Origin: Desulfamplus sp.
GTDB lineage: Bacteria; Desulfobacterota; Desulfobacteria; Desulfobacterales; Desulfobacteraceae
Reading direction: 5' to 3'
DNA length: 64,000 nucleotides
NCBI GenBank assembly: GCA_015232465.1
Contig: JADFZO010000006.1
Coordinates: 63-64,062, forward strand
The notes beneath the pieces were generated by a model. It ran no database searches, was not told the origin of the DNA, and was given only the letters and a program-made list of their open reading frames with translations. Each line of letters starts with the position of its first letter. Positions within the stretch are counted from its first letter, which is position 1. Positions 9,834 through 19,991 of the stretch are shown here, piece by piece. Both the position numbers and the translations under genes were made by a program.

Positions 9834-10715
9834 ATGAAGAGAGTAAAAAAAGTAGTAGTTTGGGTAGCTTTAGGTTTTATGGTTGCAACCTCTGCAATGG
9901 CACAGCCAATAATGGCACAAAAGGGTAAAAACGCAGGATTAGCCAATGGTTTTAACCAGCAGCAGCAACAGCCAATGGCTGAAAACTGCGACATTGCCAA
10001 TCTTCCGTTTGAAGATGTGAGTGAAGCTGAACAGTCTGAGCTTCTATACATGCGTGAAGAGGAAAAGCTCGCAAGAGATTTGTATCTATCTTTTTACGAA
10101 AAGTGGGAAATTAAGATTTTTGAGAACATCGCACGTAGTGAAGATAGCCATATTGGGGCGATTAAGGGGTTGCTGGAAAAATATGGCATTGCTGATCCTA
10201 TTGTAAATGATGAGTTAGGTGTCTTTGCAAATACAACTCTTCAACAGATTTACAATGATCTGCTTAATGCTGGTAATACCTCATTAATAGATGCACTAAA
10301 AGTTGGGGCAGCAGTAGAAGAGCTTGATATAGCTGATCTTGTAACGGCTATTGAGGCATCTGACAATCAAGATATTAAAGCTGTTTATGAAAATCTTATG
10401 AAAGGGTCAAAAAACCATCTACGTAGCTATGTTCGCCTATTAGAGGCATACACTCAAGAGGATTATCAGGCAATATATCTAACTGCTGAAGAGGCTGATG
10501 CAATAATTAACTCACCAATTGAGCGTGGTGGATATGGCAAAGGTGTTGCACCTAATGGACAAAATAATGATGGAACATGCACACTTCTCTCTTCAGACGC
10601 AACAGATAATCTAAATCTAAATATAGCTGGTCGAGGAAATGGTCGTGGTGATGGAAGTGGCACAGGCGGTGGACGCAAGGGAAATGGAGATGGAACTGGC
10701 ACCTGCAGAGCATAA
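9834..10715 (+). CDS. Secreted DUF2202 (ferritin-like) protein with Gly-rich Cys-terminated tail
   Basis: Signal peptide (SAMA), MREEEKLARDLY, SEDSH, EELDIADL, YENLMKGSKNHLRSY; tail GRGNGRGDGSG...GTGTC. Confidence 0.85.
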   Translation: MKRVKKVVVWVALGFMVATSAMAQPIMAQKGKNAGLANGFNQQQQQPMAENCDIANLPFEDVSEAEQSELLYMREEEKLARDLYLSFYEKWEIKIFENIARSEDSHIGAIKGLLEKYGIADPIVNDELGVFANTTLQQIYNDLLNAGNTSLIDALKVGAAVEELDIADLVTAIEASDNQDIKAVYENLMKGSKNHLRSYVRLLEAYTQEDYQAIYLTAEEADAIINSPIERGGYGKGVAPNGQNNDGTCTLLSSDATDNLNLNIAGRGNGRGDGSGTGGGRKGNGDGTGTCRA

Positions 10716-10751
10716 AAGTTTAATAGAAACCAATTATTAACTGGTTAAAAG

Positions 10752-10787
10752 AGTAGGCTTTCATTAAATTGAATACCTACTTTTTTA
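10752..10787 (+). terminator. Probable internal terminator after the DUF2202 gene
   Basis: AGTAGG..TTCA-ttaaat-TGAA..CCTACT followed by a T-run. Confidence 0.55.
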
Positions 10788-10839
10788 TTTTTTTATCAGT
10801 ACCAAAAGATATGAAGCATAAAGAGGGGATTTTAAGATA

Positions 10840-11988
10840 ATGGATTCATTTTACACTGGCAAAGCCCTACTTTTATCTTTTGTTATATTGACCAACATTG
10901 GAGTTTTTGGCTTAAATATTGGCGTAAATAGAGCTTTTGGGGCTGATCTGCTATTTAGCTCAACTGTTGGGTATAACTCAAATCCAGCACTTGAATCAAA
11001 AGGCTCACAGCCAACTTTAGAGCACTTAAATATATCTGATCTATCCCCAATGTCAACAGAGTCAAACACAACTGATAATATTAAATCTTCTCTATTTTCA
11101 AGCCACACACTCTTATTAGAAGATAGCTTTACCTTTGCTGATAAGTTCAAAGTTGATCTATCCCCATCTGTAAGTTACCAAAATTTTTGGGATATGGCTG
11201 ATAACCATAGATTTGAGTTTGACATATCAATCTTACCTTTTGGTGCGATAAAGCGATTTAATCCCTATCTCTTTACAAAGGCTCTATTTTATAGAGACTC
11301 TTTGATAACAGCAGACCAAAGAGACCAATTTAGCTTTGGAGCAGGGGGCGAAATTGTGCTTAACAGCAGATACAACCTATATTTTGAACATGAATGGCAG
11401 CATATCAGCTATCTTGAAGATGCACCTATATTTTTTCGTCAACAGCCCAATTTGCTCTCAAACATCAAAAGTAATAGCAATTTAAATCAACAATGTAGCA
11501 GCAACATGGCAAAAGGTAAAAATAGTGGAGCATTAAATAAGATTTACGATGCTAAAAACGATATTAACATGATTTTTAATACCCGCCTTGACATCTTTAT
11601 CTCTCCTGAGATTCAAGCATCTGTTGGCTTAAAGTATGAGCATCTAACATCTTCTCTTGATGCTGAATCATTTTGGCAGTTGACCCCAGAGATAAAATTT
11701 TCATGGGATTTTGCCCCTAAATGGCAATTTGTAATATCTGCACAAGTTGAGCGAAAAAAATACTCTGATATTGAAAATATGGTCAATTTAGAGTGCTCCA
11801 AAGTTGCAAGCAGTGTGAGCATTAGAGATGTCAACTATACCAATTTGCTAAATCTAAGGGTTGCACATTACTGGAGTGAAAATATTGAGATTTTTTCCAA
11901 TTTTTTTATTGAAGATGGAGACTACCCTTTAAACAAAGATTCGTATAATCAAAAGGTGGTAGAGTGCGGTCTATCGTTCTCTTTTTAA
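10840..11988 (+). CDS. Putative outer-membrane beta-barrel protein
   Basis: Signal-like N-terminus, GYNSN first strand, alternating aromatic beta-strands, C-terminal GLSFSF (terminal Phe). Confidence 0.7.
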   Translation: MDSFYTGKALLLSFVILTNIGVFGLNIGVNRAFGADLLFSSTVGYNSNPALESKGSQPTLEHLNISDLSPMSTESNTTDNIKSSLFSSHTLLLEDSFTFADKFKVDLSPSVSYQNFWDMADNHRFEFDISILPFGAIKRFNPYLFTKALFYRDSLITADQRDQFSFGAGGEIVLNSRYNLYFEHEWQHISYLEDAPIFFRQQPNLLSNIKSNSNLNQQCSSNMAKGKNSGALNKIYDAKNDINMIFNTRLDIFISPEIQASVGLKYEHLTSSLDAESFWQLTPEIKFSWDFAPKWQFVISAQVERKKYSDIENMVNLECSKVASSVSIRDVNYTNLLNLRVAHYWSENIEIFSNFFIEDGDYPLNKDSYNQKVVECGLSFSF

Positions 11989-12413
11989 CAATATTTAGCT
12001 TTTTTTTATGGCTACCCCCCTCTTTAAAGGCAGAGGAGAAGAGTGCTGAACTATTTTTAGCACGCATTCTATCTATTGATGCTGTTAAAAATAAGATGGC
12101 TCTTGAGCTTGTTGATCTAAATAGCAATAGTGCTAAAGCAGGCGAAACATTTCTCTATAATTTTGAATCTTCTAATGACACATCTAAACAGATAATTAGC
12201 TCCATAAAACAGGGAGATTTAATACGAATATGGGGCAACATAGATAGATCACATAGTTTAGAAGGGATAACTTTAATTAAAGGTAAGATTTACCCCTCGT
12301 CAAATAGATCGCAAGGGGGCAGCTACGATCCAACTGGTGTTCGCAAACGGATAAAAAGGGGTTTAAATCATCGCTCGCCTTTGCGAGGAAGTGGTTCTGG
12401 CGGAGGAAAATAG
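11964..12413 (+). CDS. Secreted hypothetical protein, possible OB-fold
   Basis: Signal peptide, ARILSID...IKQGDLIRIWG, DPTGVRKRI, Gly-rich tail; overlaps upstream gene. Confidence 0.6.
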   Translation: MRSIVLFLTIFSFFLWLPPSLKAEEKSAELFLARILSIDAVKNKMALELVDLNSNSAKAGETFLYNFESSNDTSKQIISSIKQGDLIRIWGNIDRSHSLEGITLIKGKIYPSSNRSQGGSYDPTGVRKRIKRGLNHRSPLRGSGSGGGK

Positions 12414-12434
12414 AAAGAAAAAAATGGAGCAGAG

Positions 12435-13919
12435 ATGGTTCAAGAGGATAAAGAAGATAAAAGAGAGTCCCCGTTGTGGGTCGCAAATGGCGTTGTCTTT
12501 ATTTTGATGTTTGTGGCAGTGTGTAGCTACTTTTTATGGCAGATGCATCTTGTAAAAGAGTCATTTAGATTTCATGCTGACAGGCACGCTGATATTGTAT
12601 CAAAAATTGTCGGTTTAAATGCAGCAGCAACAACAGAGGCAAAACGATCCATTGAGAGTATAATCCAAAATCTTCTTGAAAATAGTGCCCGTTTTATCGC
12701 CTATCTTGATATGGTTGAGCCTTTCACATCAGAGGAGTTAGCAGCATTTACTAAAGAGAGCGGACTTGCTGGTATAAGTATCATAAGAGGTTGCATTGGT
12801 TTAGAGCAAGAGGATAGTTTAGAGAAAAATGGCAAAAATTTTAAACCCTATCTTAAACATTTTGCTGATAGTAACATCTATCTTCTAATCTGGTCTGCTG
12901 ATGATTATCCTGATTGCATCGCACTTGGAATCAGTGATGAGAAGATATCCTCAATAACTAAAAGTTTGGGGCTGGATAATATTATAAAAGAGGTTGCAAC
13001 TGTACAGGGTATAAAAAGGGTTAAGGTTGATGGAGCAAAAATAGGTGTTGAGGTTGATTCAAGTGAATTGACCCAATCAATAGAGCAGCTTAAACTCCAT
13101 TTTTACCTGTTTAGTTTTTTTCTAATTGTGGCTGGAGTTATTCTATCTTTTTTGCTCCATCGCTATCAAAATGCCACTATAAATCGCATTAAAGAGTTTG
13201 AGAGGCAGCTTGCCTCAGAGCGAGAAAATGCAACTTTAGGAAAATCTGCTGCTGCAATTGCACACGAAATACGAAACCCTCTAAACTCTTTAAGCATGGG
13301 GCTTCAACGTCTTATCCTTGAAAATGGTTGTCAATCTGAGCCTCATATAAAACTTATTAAACAGATGTCAGAGGCTGTTAAACGGGCAAATATGAGCGTT
13401 ACAGGGCTTTTAAACTATGCTCGTCCAAGAGTGGCTAAAGTAAGACTATTTGAGATTGAGACTTTGACTGTCGATATTTTAAATCTCTACAAAAAAAGGT
13501 GCGAAGATCAAAAGATTGAGATAACGCTTGATATTGATTACCACGACACGATAAAAAGCGATCCTGAACTTATGGGTCAAGTTATTGAAAATATAATTAA
13601 AAATAGTGTTGAGGCTCAACCTGATGGTGGATTTATCTCTATCTCAATTACGAAAAATTGGTTCCAGAATTTCGATAAAAATCACCTGAAACTAAAATCT
13701 GATGTCCAATATCTTGTATTGAGATTTAAAAATGCAAAATGCCCTGTTAAACCTGAAAACTCTGACAAAATTTTTAAGCCATATTTTACAACCCGCCCAG
13801 AAGGGACAGGTCTTGGAATGGCAATCGTAAAAAATATCGTAACAGCTCTTGGTGGGAAAATCACAGTTGCAATATCAGAGTCAAGAGAGATTGAGACCTC
13901 CATCTATCTGCCAATATGA
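12435..13919 (+). CDS. Membrane sensor histidine kinase
   Basis: Two TM segments; H-box AAIAHEIRNPL; N-box QVIENIIKNSVEA; FKPYFTTRPEGTGLGM. Confidence 0.93.
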   Translation: MVQEDKEDKRESPLWVANGVVFILMFVAVCSYFLWQMHLVKESFRFHADRHADIVSKIVGLNAAATTEAKRSIESIIQNLLENSARFIAYLDMVEPFTSEELAAFTKESGLAGISIIRGCIGLEQEDSLEKNGKNFKPYLKHFADSNIYLLIWSADDYPDCIALGISDEKISSITKSLGLDNIIKEVATVQGIKRVKVDGAKIGVEVDSSELTQSIEQLKLHFYLFSFFLIVAGVILSFLLHRYQNATINRIKEFERQLASERENATLGKSAAAIAHEIRNPLNSLSMGLQRLILENGCQSEPHIKLIKQMSEAVKRANMSVTGLLNYARPRVAKVRLFEIETLTVDILNLYKKRCEDQKIEITLDIDYHDTIKSDPELMGQVIENIIKNSVEAQPDGGFISISITKNWFQNFDKNHLKLKSDVQYLVLRFKNAKCPVKPENSDKIFKPYFTTRPEGTGLGMAIVKNIVTALGGKITVAISESREIETSIYLPI

Positions 13920-13964
13920 GCCATTTGCTATTTTATTATGGGTGTTACGAAAAAAGGAGATAAG

Positions 13965-15296
13965 ATGTTAATTTTGATTGTTGATGATGATCCAACCCAG
14001 CGAGATATGCTTAAAGGTTTTCTTGAAAATCAAGGTTATTTAACTGCTGTTGCTGCAAATGGGCAAGAGGCTCTAAAAATTTTTCAAACTAAACCAGTTG
14101 AGCTTGCCCTGCTTGATAATCGTATGCCAGAGATGAGTGGGGAGGAGCTTCTTGAGAAGATGAAGCTACTTAACCCGCTTGTTAATGTTATTATGATTAC
14201 AGCTTATGGTGATGTCTCAACTGTCATCAAAACCATGAAACTTGGGGCATTAGAGTTTTTGGAAAAGCCTGTTGATCTATCTGTGCTCCTCTCAAAGATT
14301 CAGGAGATTGAGCTTAAAACCTGTCGTGATCAAGATGCAAAAGAGATTGAACAAGATATTGAAAAAAGAAATTTGCCATTAAAAATAGTTGCTAAAAGTG
14401 AGAGCATGAAAGAGGTTCTCTCTTTAGTTACAAGGGTGGCTCAAAGTGATTTTCCTGTGTTGGTATCTGGGGAGACTGGAACAGGAAAAGAGCTAATATC
14501 AAAGCTGATTCACCTTACAGGCACAAGGGCAAATGAGCCTTTTGTTGATATTAACTGTGCTGCTATTCCTGAAAATCTATTTGAGAGCGAACTTTTTGGG
14601 CACACTAAAGGCTCTTTTACTGGTGCTGTAAATAGTCGAAAAGGGGCGTTTGAGATGGCAACAAAAGGGACTCTTTTTATGGATGAGGTTGGAGAGATGC
14701 CTTTAACGCTTCAGCCAAAACTTTTAAGGGCAATACAGGAGCAAAAGATTAAAAAAGTTGGGGGCGAGAGCGACTTAAAAGTTGATGTGAGGCTAATTTC
14801 AGCAACAAACAGAGATTTAAAACTTATGGTTGAAGCTGGCGAATTTAGAGAAGATTTATATTATAGAATCAATGTCTTAGAGATAAAGATTCCCCCATTA
14901 AGAGATAGAAAGGTCGATATTCCAATACTTCTTAACCATTTTGTAGAAAAATATGGCAAAAAGAGGCTATCTTTTTCATCTGATGCTATCAATATGCTCA
15001 TAAAATATCCATTTCCAGGAAACGTAAGAGAGCTTGAGCATATTGTCCAAAGAACAGTAACCTTTGCACGCACAACAGTTATAACCCCATCTGATCTTCC
15101 AGATGAGATAAAACACCACGAAGCAGTAGAAGGAGGCTCAGGCTCTCTTGAAGATAGGCTAATGGCTGTAGAGACTCAAATGATACAATCAGCATTAGAA
15201 AAGACAGATTGGGTGCAGACAAAGGCAGCCCAAATTTTAGGAATAAGCGAGCGTGTGCTCAGATATAAGATGAAGCGGGCTAATATCTCAAGGTGA
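13965..15296 (+). CDS. NtrC-family sigma54-dependent response regulator
   Basis: ILIVDDD, LLDNRMP, GETGTGKE, GSFTGA, FPGNVREL, Fis HTH; ATG at 13965 after AAGGAG. Confidence 0.95.
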   Translation: MLILIVDDDPTQRDMLKGFLENQGYLTAVAANGQEALKIFQTKPVELALLDNRMPEMSGEELLEKMKLLNPLVNVIMITAYGDVSTVIKTMKLGALEFLEKPVDLSVLLSKIQEIELKTCRDQDAKEIEQDIEKRNLPLKIVAKSESMKEVLSLVTRVAQSDFPVLVSGETGTGKELISKLIHLTGTRANEPFVDINCAAIPENLFESELFGHTKGSFTGAVNSRKGAFEMATKGTLFMDEVGEMPLTLQPKLLRAIQEQKIKKVGGESDLKVDVRLISATNRDLKLMVEAGEFREDLYYRINVLEIKIPPLRDRKVDIPILLNHFVEKYGKKRLSFSSDAINMLIKYPFPGNVRELEHIVQRTVTFARTTVITPSDLPDEIKHHEAVEGGSGSLEDRLMAVETQMIQSALEKTDWVQTKAAQILGISERVLRYKMKRANISR

Positions 15297-15307
15297 GATA
15301 TAGATGT

Positions 15308-15682
15308 TTAACCTTTTTTGATGGGAATGTAGTTTTCAAGAGCCTTTGCAAACTCTTCATCAGTGATATTTTCGATATTTTTCGAGACTTTTTTAAACTC
15401 CTCAACAAGTGCTTCAGCTAAAGGGGTGAGCTTTGAGCCTCCGCCTCTTCCACCTTGTTGTGTGATGAGCAAAGAGGCGCCAAGTCGCTTTTCTGTGGAT
15501 TTCATTCTTGACCATATAGCACGATAACCCATATTTAGTGCTTTAGATGCTGCAAGAAGAGAGCCATGCTCTTTAATTGCATTTAACATCTTAAGCCGTC
15601 CAAGCCCAAAAACAACATTACCATCATCATCTTCAATCCATATTTTAGAACGGGCATGAAACATCTTTTTATTCTGCGTCAT
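15308..15682 (-). CDS. ModE-family winged-helix regulator (N-terminal domain only)
   Basis: RSKIWIE...VFGLGRLKML, GSLLAASKALNMGYRAIW, GGRGGGSKLT; no TOBE domains. Confidence 0.85.
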   Translation of the reverse strand: MTQNKKMFHARSKIWIEDDDGNVVFGLGRLKMLNAIKEHGSLLAASKALNMGYRAIWSRMKSTEKRLGASLLITQQGGRGGGSKLTPLAEALVEEFKKVSKNIENITDEEFAKALENYIPIKKG

Positions 15683-15913
15683 AGATTTATCCCAATAAAT
15701 TCAATATATTTTCACTTGTTAATAATAGAGTTGTTACGTAATGGCTACATGATTGCTATATACGCAATAATAATTTATCATAGATTTTTTTTACCTGATA
15801 TTAGTCTTAAAATCAACTTATCAGGTAAAATTGCCCTACCGTTTATTAAAGATACTGTATTTTTAGTCATCTTTTCATCAGATACTTTCAAAAGGAGTAA
15901 TTTAATATAAAAT

Positions 15914-16801
15914 ATGTTGAAAGCTAATATGCTGTCATTCAACGATGAGGAGGGTTTAATTGTTCCTGAGGGGCTGCCAGCAGTAATTGACACACATGTC
16001 CACATTTTTCCAAGTAGAATTTTATCGGCTATTCGAAAATGGTTTGATGCAAATGCATGGCACATCAGGTATCAACTAACATCATCAGAGATATTTGAAT
16101 TTCTACTATCACGCAAAATAAAACACATTATAGCCCTGCAATACGCCCATAAGCCTGGCATTTCGCAACAATTGAACAGATATATGTCTAAAAAATGTAA
16201 AGAATATGAGAATCGTGTTACAGGCATGGCTACAGTATTCCCCGGAGAAGAAAATGCTGAGATAATCTTGCAGGAAGCATTTGATTCTGGACTTGGAGGC
16301 GTCAAACTTCACTCTCATGTGCAATGTTTTGATATGAACAGTGAAGATATGAATCTAATTTATGAATGTTGCCAGAGAAATAGTAAACCTATTGTAATGC
16401 ATGTCGGCAGGGAGCCTAAAAGTGCGGCATACAATTGCGACCCTTATCTGCTTTGCAGTGCTGAAAAATTAGAATGTGTTCTAAAGTCTTTTCCATCTTT
16501 AAAAATCTGTGTCCCTCATCTTGGGTTTGATGAGACAGCAGCTTACAGAAAACTAATAGAAAACTATGATAACCTCTGGCTTGACACAACTATGGTCATA
16601 ACAAATTATTTTTCCATTAAGGAAAAAATCAATCTGGGTAACTATAGGGCAGACAGAATTATGTATGGCTCTGATTTTCCTAACATACCGTACGCATGGG
16701 ACAGGGAGCTTAACGAGTTGATAAAATTGGCTATATCTGATGATGCTATTGAAAAAATATCCTACAAAAATGCTATCAATTTTTTCAGTCTTAAATTATG
16801 A
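15914..16801 (+). CDS. Amidohydrolase-2 family metal-dependent hydrolase
   Basis: IDTHVH, GVKLH, VMHVG, VPHLG, MYGSDFP. Confidence 0.9.
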   Translation: MLKANMLSFNDEEGLIVPEGLPAVIDTHVHIFPSRILSAIRKWFDANAWHIRYQLTSSEIFEFLLSRKIKHIIALQYAHKPGISQQLNRYMSKKCKEYENRVTGMATVFPGEENAEIILQEAFDSGLGGVKLHSHVQCFDMNSEDMNLIYECCQRNSKPIVMHVGREPKSAAYNCDPYLLCSAEKLECVLKSFPSLKICVPHLGFDETAAYRKLIENYDNLWLDTTMVITNYFSIKEKINLGNYRADRIMYGSDFPNIPYAWDRELNELIKLAISDDAIEKISYKNAINFFSLKL

Positions 16802-16811
16802 GATTAAATTT

Positions 16812-16838
16812 AAAAAACCCTTGATTTCTCAGGGGTTT
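16812..16838. terminator. Probable bidirectional terminator
   Basis: AAAAAACCCTTGA-tttc-TCAGGGGTTT between amidohydrolase and tRNA-Val. Confidence 0.65.
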
Positions 16839-16871
16839 CTGGACTTTCTTAAACTATACTAAATGTAATTG

Positions 16872-16947
16872 TGGTAGGCACGACCGGACTCGAACCGGTG
16901 ACTTCTACCTTGTCGAGGTAGCACTCTACCAACTGAGTTACGCACCT
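16872..16947 (-). tRNA. tRNA-Val (GAC)
   Basis: Reverse complement folds as a cloverleaf: AGGTGCG/CGTGCCT acceptor, CTACC-TCGACAA-GGTAG anticodon arm, GGTTCGAGTCC T arm, CCA end. Confidence 0.95.
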
Positions 16948-16962
16948 ATATTTTGCGTAGGG

Positions 16963-16991
16963 TAAATACCATTGCATCTATTTTGTGTCAA
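16963..16991 (-). promoter_or_regulatory. Sigma70 promoter of tRNA-Val
   Basis: Minus strand TTGACA-17 bp-TATTTA with TG extended -10. Confidence 0.6.
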
Positions 16992-17025
16992 GAGAATAAA
17001 GCTCAATTTTTTTGCTCTAATCAAT

Positions 17026-17772
17026 CTATAGCACCCTTTTGGCTCCATCTTCTAAAGAAGTTTGTGAACATAAAAACACTTCACTTAATATTCCAACAGC
17101 AACTCCAGTAATAGCAGCAACTATCAGACCCAATTTGTGGGGCAATCCTGATGCAAAAATAGATACTACACCAGATGCTATAACCGCAGCCCACATCGGT
17201 TTTGAGACCAAATAGGGGATAACCATTCCAATAAATGTTGCTGGCATTGCAAAATCAAGACCCCACCCTGCAATTTCAGGAAATGCCTTTCCAGCAGTAA
17301 GACCAATCAATGTGCATAAATTCCAGTTTGTGTACATAAAAAGCATTGAGCCTAAATTGTAATAGTGCTTATTTGGGGACTCATCGTTTTGATAGTAACG
17401 GTTTGCAGCCACAGCAAACGTCTCATCAGTTAGCCCAAATGCTAAAAGCACCTTCCACGATGGACTCAACCCTTTATAAAACGGAACCATAGTTGCACCA
17501 TAGAGAATATGGCGTAAATTGACAACAAATGTGGTCAACACAACCATTGCCCACCCACTTCCAGCAGAGACTAAACTTATACTTATAAACTGCGAAGAGC
17601 CAGCAAAAACAAAGATAGACATGCCCATTGTTGCAGCAAATGATAACCCAGCAGTTGCTGCCAAAGTGCCAAATATAATACCAAATGGAATCGCACCAAC
17701 AATTAGAGGAAATGTATCTCTTGCTCCTGCAACAAACTGAGAAAATGGAGAGTTATCGTCTAAATTAGCCAT
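17026..17772 (-). CDS. azlC: AzlC-family branched-chain amino acid exporter subunit
   Basis: PFGIIFG, MSIFVFAGSSQF, VNLRHILYG, FGLTDETFA, GLDFAMPATF. Confidence 0.9.
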   Translation of the reverse strand: MANLDDNSPFSQFVAGARDTFPLIVGAIPFGIIFGTLAATAGLSFAATMGMSIFVFAGSSQFISISLVSAGSGWAMVVLTTFVVNLRHILYGATMVPFYKGLSPSWKVLLAFGLTDETFAVAANRYYQNDESPNKHYYNLGSMLFMYTNWNLCTLIGLTAGKAFPEIAGWGLDFAMPATFIGMVIPYLVSKPMWAAVIASGVVSIFASGLPHKLGLIVAAITGVAVGILSEVFLCSQTSLEDGAKRVL

Positions 17773-17986
17773 TAAAACCTCTATTAATTAAAAATGTGAT
17801 CTAAAAAAATTATACATGGCTCTTACTTACAGCTTATACTACTCCTGTCAATATTTTTTTAATCTTAACCCCTAAGCCTTGACAATCTAAGATTTTGCTC
17901 AATTATTGTTTTCGTTAAGTTTTATTAATAATTTCATAAACAGATAAATTTAAAGTGTAAACTAAATATATCTTTAGGAGAAAAAA

Positions 17987-19915
17987 ATGGGTAACAGACA
18001 AGAGACTTGCGAATTCAAAACCGAAGTGCAGCAGCTACTTCACCTTATTATCAACTCACTCTATTCCAATCGTGAGATATTTATCCGCGAACTTATATCA
18101 AACGCATCTGATGCAATTGATAAAGCTCGTTTTAAAGAGCAGACTGAGCCAGCTCTTTTTGAAAACGATACCAATTACAATATCAGAATCTCAACTGACC
18201 CTGAAAAGAGAATATTTGAGATCTGTGATAATGGAATTGGTATGACTTATGATGAGGTAAATGAAAACATCGGTACAATTGCAAGAAGCGGCACAGCAGC
18301 ATTCATGGAGGCTATACAAAAATCAAAAGAGCAACACCAGCTATCACCAGAGCTAATTGGTCAGTTTGGAGTGGGATTTTACAGTGCCTTTATTGTGGCT
18401 GACAAGATAACCCTAATCACAAAGGCAGCTGGAGCAGAAAAAGGGGTTAAATGGGTATCAGATGGCAAGGGGACATACTCAATTGAAGAGTGTGATAAAG
18501 CCTCAAGAGGCACAACAATCACCCTTGAGCTTAAAGAGCATGGCGAAGATGATCAAGATTTTACAGATGAATACACTATCCGTCATGTTGTCAAAAAGCA
18601 CTCTGATTTTGTAACCTATCCAATTATTATGAATGTGGAGAAAAACGAGCCAATCCCTGAAAATGAGAGAATTAAAGATGCAGATGGAAAGCCAATTGGA
18701 GATGGTTATCGAAAGGTTAGAAAAGATGAGACTTTAAACTCAATGAAGGCTATCTGGTCAAAAAGCAAAGATGATGTAACACCAGAGGAGTATGAGGAGT
18801 TCTATCGCCACATAAGCCACAATTGGGATAAACCGCTTGAGATAATCCATAAAAGATTTGAAGGGGTTACAGAGTATTATGCTCTGCTATTTATTCCGTC
18901 AAAAGCTCCGTTTGATCTATTTCGTCCTGAGCGAAAACATGGTATGCAGCTCTACTGCAAGCGAGTCTTTATAATGGACGACTGCAAAGACCTTCTGCCT
19001 GAATATTTGGGCTTTATTCAAGGTGTTGTTGATGCTCCTGATCTTAATTTAAATGTGAGCCGTGAAATTTTGCAAGAGGATAGACTTGTAAGAAATATCA
19101 AAAAAAATCTTGTAAAAAAGATTTTTAGCACTTTTGAAGAGATGGATAGAGAAAAGTTTGAATCTTTTTATGATGAGTTTAGTCAGGTGCTTAAAGCTGG
19201 AATTCCAACTGATTTTGAAAACAAAGATCGCATAGCCTCTCTTATTAGATACAAAACCACAAAATCAGATGGCAAATATATTACCCTTAACGAATATATA
19301 GATAGAATGGCAGAGGGGCAAAATGAGATATATTACATAACAGGCGATAATTTAAATTCGCTCATTAACAGCCCGCTTCTTGAGACTCTAAAGGCAAAAG
19401 ATTACGAGGTTCTCTTGATGGTTGATCCAGTTGACGAGTGGGTAACTCAATCTCTGCACGAATATAAAGAGAAAAAACTGAAAAGTGCAGAAAAAGGAGA
19501 ACTTGAGATTGACAAGGTTGATGAGGCTAAAAAGGGCGAATATACAGCTCTGTTTAACTTTATTAAGGAGAAACTTCAAGATAAGGTTAAAGATGTTCAG
19601 GTCTCTAATAGGCTCAAAGATTCTGTCTCATGCCTTTCAGCAGATAATTACGGCATGAGTGCATACATGGAAAAAATTTTAAAGGCAACTGGTCAAGATG
19701 CTCCAGCTCAAAAGAGATCTCTTGAGCTAAACATAAACCATCCTCTGATTGCCAAAATGAAAAATATATTTGAGACTGATACAACCAATCCAATTTTGAA
19801 AGATTACAGCGAGATTCTTCTTGATATTGCCATTGTAAGCGAAGGCGGAAAAGTTGATAATCCAGCAAGATTTAGTCAGCTTATTGGTGATGTTATGGCA
19901 AAATCTATCGCATAA
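17987..19915 (+). CDS. htpG: Chaperone HtpG (Hsp90)
   Basis: [47 protein letters not shown]. Confidence 0.98.
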   Translation: MGNRQETCEFKTEVQQLLHLIINSLYSNREIFIRELISNASDAIDKARFKEQTEPALFENDTNYNIRISTDPEKRIFEICDNGIGMTYDEVNENIGTIARSGTAAFMEAIQKSKEQHQLSPELIGQFGVGFYSAFIVADKITLITKAAGAEKGVKWVSDGKGTYSIEECDKASRGTTITLELKEHGEDDQDFTDEYTIRHVVKKHSDFVTYPIIMNVEKNEPIPENERIKDADGKPIGDGYRKVRKDETLNSMKAIWSKSKDDVTPEEYEEFYRHISHNWDKPLEIIHKRFEGVTEYYALLFIPSKAPFDLFRPERKHGMQLYCKRVFIMDDCKDLLPEYLGFIQGVVDAPDLNLNVSREILQEDRLVRNIKKNLVKKIFSTFEEMDREKFESFYDEFSQVLKAGIPTDFENKDRIASLIRYKTTKSDGKYITLNEYIDRMAEGQNEIYYITGDNLNSLINSPLLETLKAKDYEVLLMVDPVDEWVTQSLHEYKEKKLKSAEKGELEIDKVDEAKKGEYTALFNFIKEKLQDKVKDVQVSNRLKDSVSCLSADNYGMSAYMEKILKATGQDAPAQKRSLELNINHPLIAKMKNIFETDTTNPILKDYSEILLDIAIVSEGGKVDNPARFSQLIGDVMAKSIA

Positions 19916-19929
19916 ACTAATTATGATTC

Positions 19930-19962
19930 TTGTAGCCGTGCCAATAAATCGCACGGCTACAA
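19930..19962. repeat. REP-like palindrome / terminator
   Basis: Perfect 12-bp stem TTGTAGCCGTGC-N9-GCACGGCTACAA between convergent htpG and mltA. Confidence 0.7.
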
Positions 19963-19991
19963 TGCAAAAAAAACAGATCAAATAAGGCTCT

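Noticed and set aside
15656-16065. Short ORFs 15656-15910 (+) and 15778-16065 (-)
   Set aside because: Overlap real genes and an AT-rich promoter region; no motifs or RBS
15914-16872. Amidohydrolase as a genomic islet integrated at the tRNA-Val 3' end
   Set aside because: No duplicate of the tRNA 3' end found on the far side and no integrase present
17800-17986. CIRCE or sigma32 heat-shock element upstream of htpG
   Set aside because: No TTAGCACTC-N9-GAGTGCTAA and no convincing CCCCAT -10; only a TTGACA hexamer is visible
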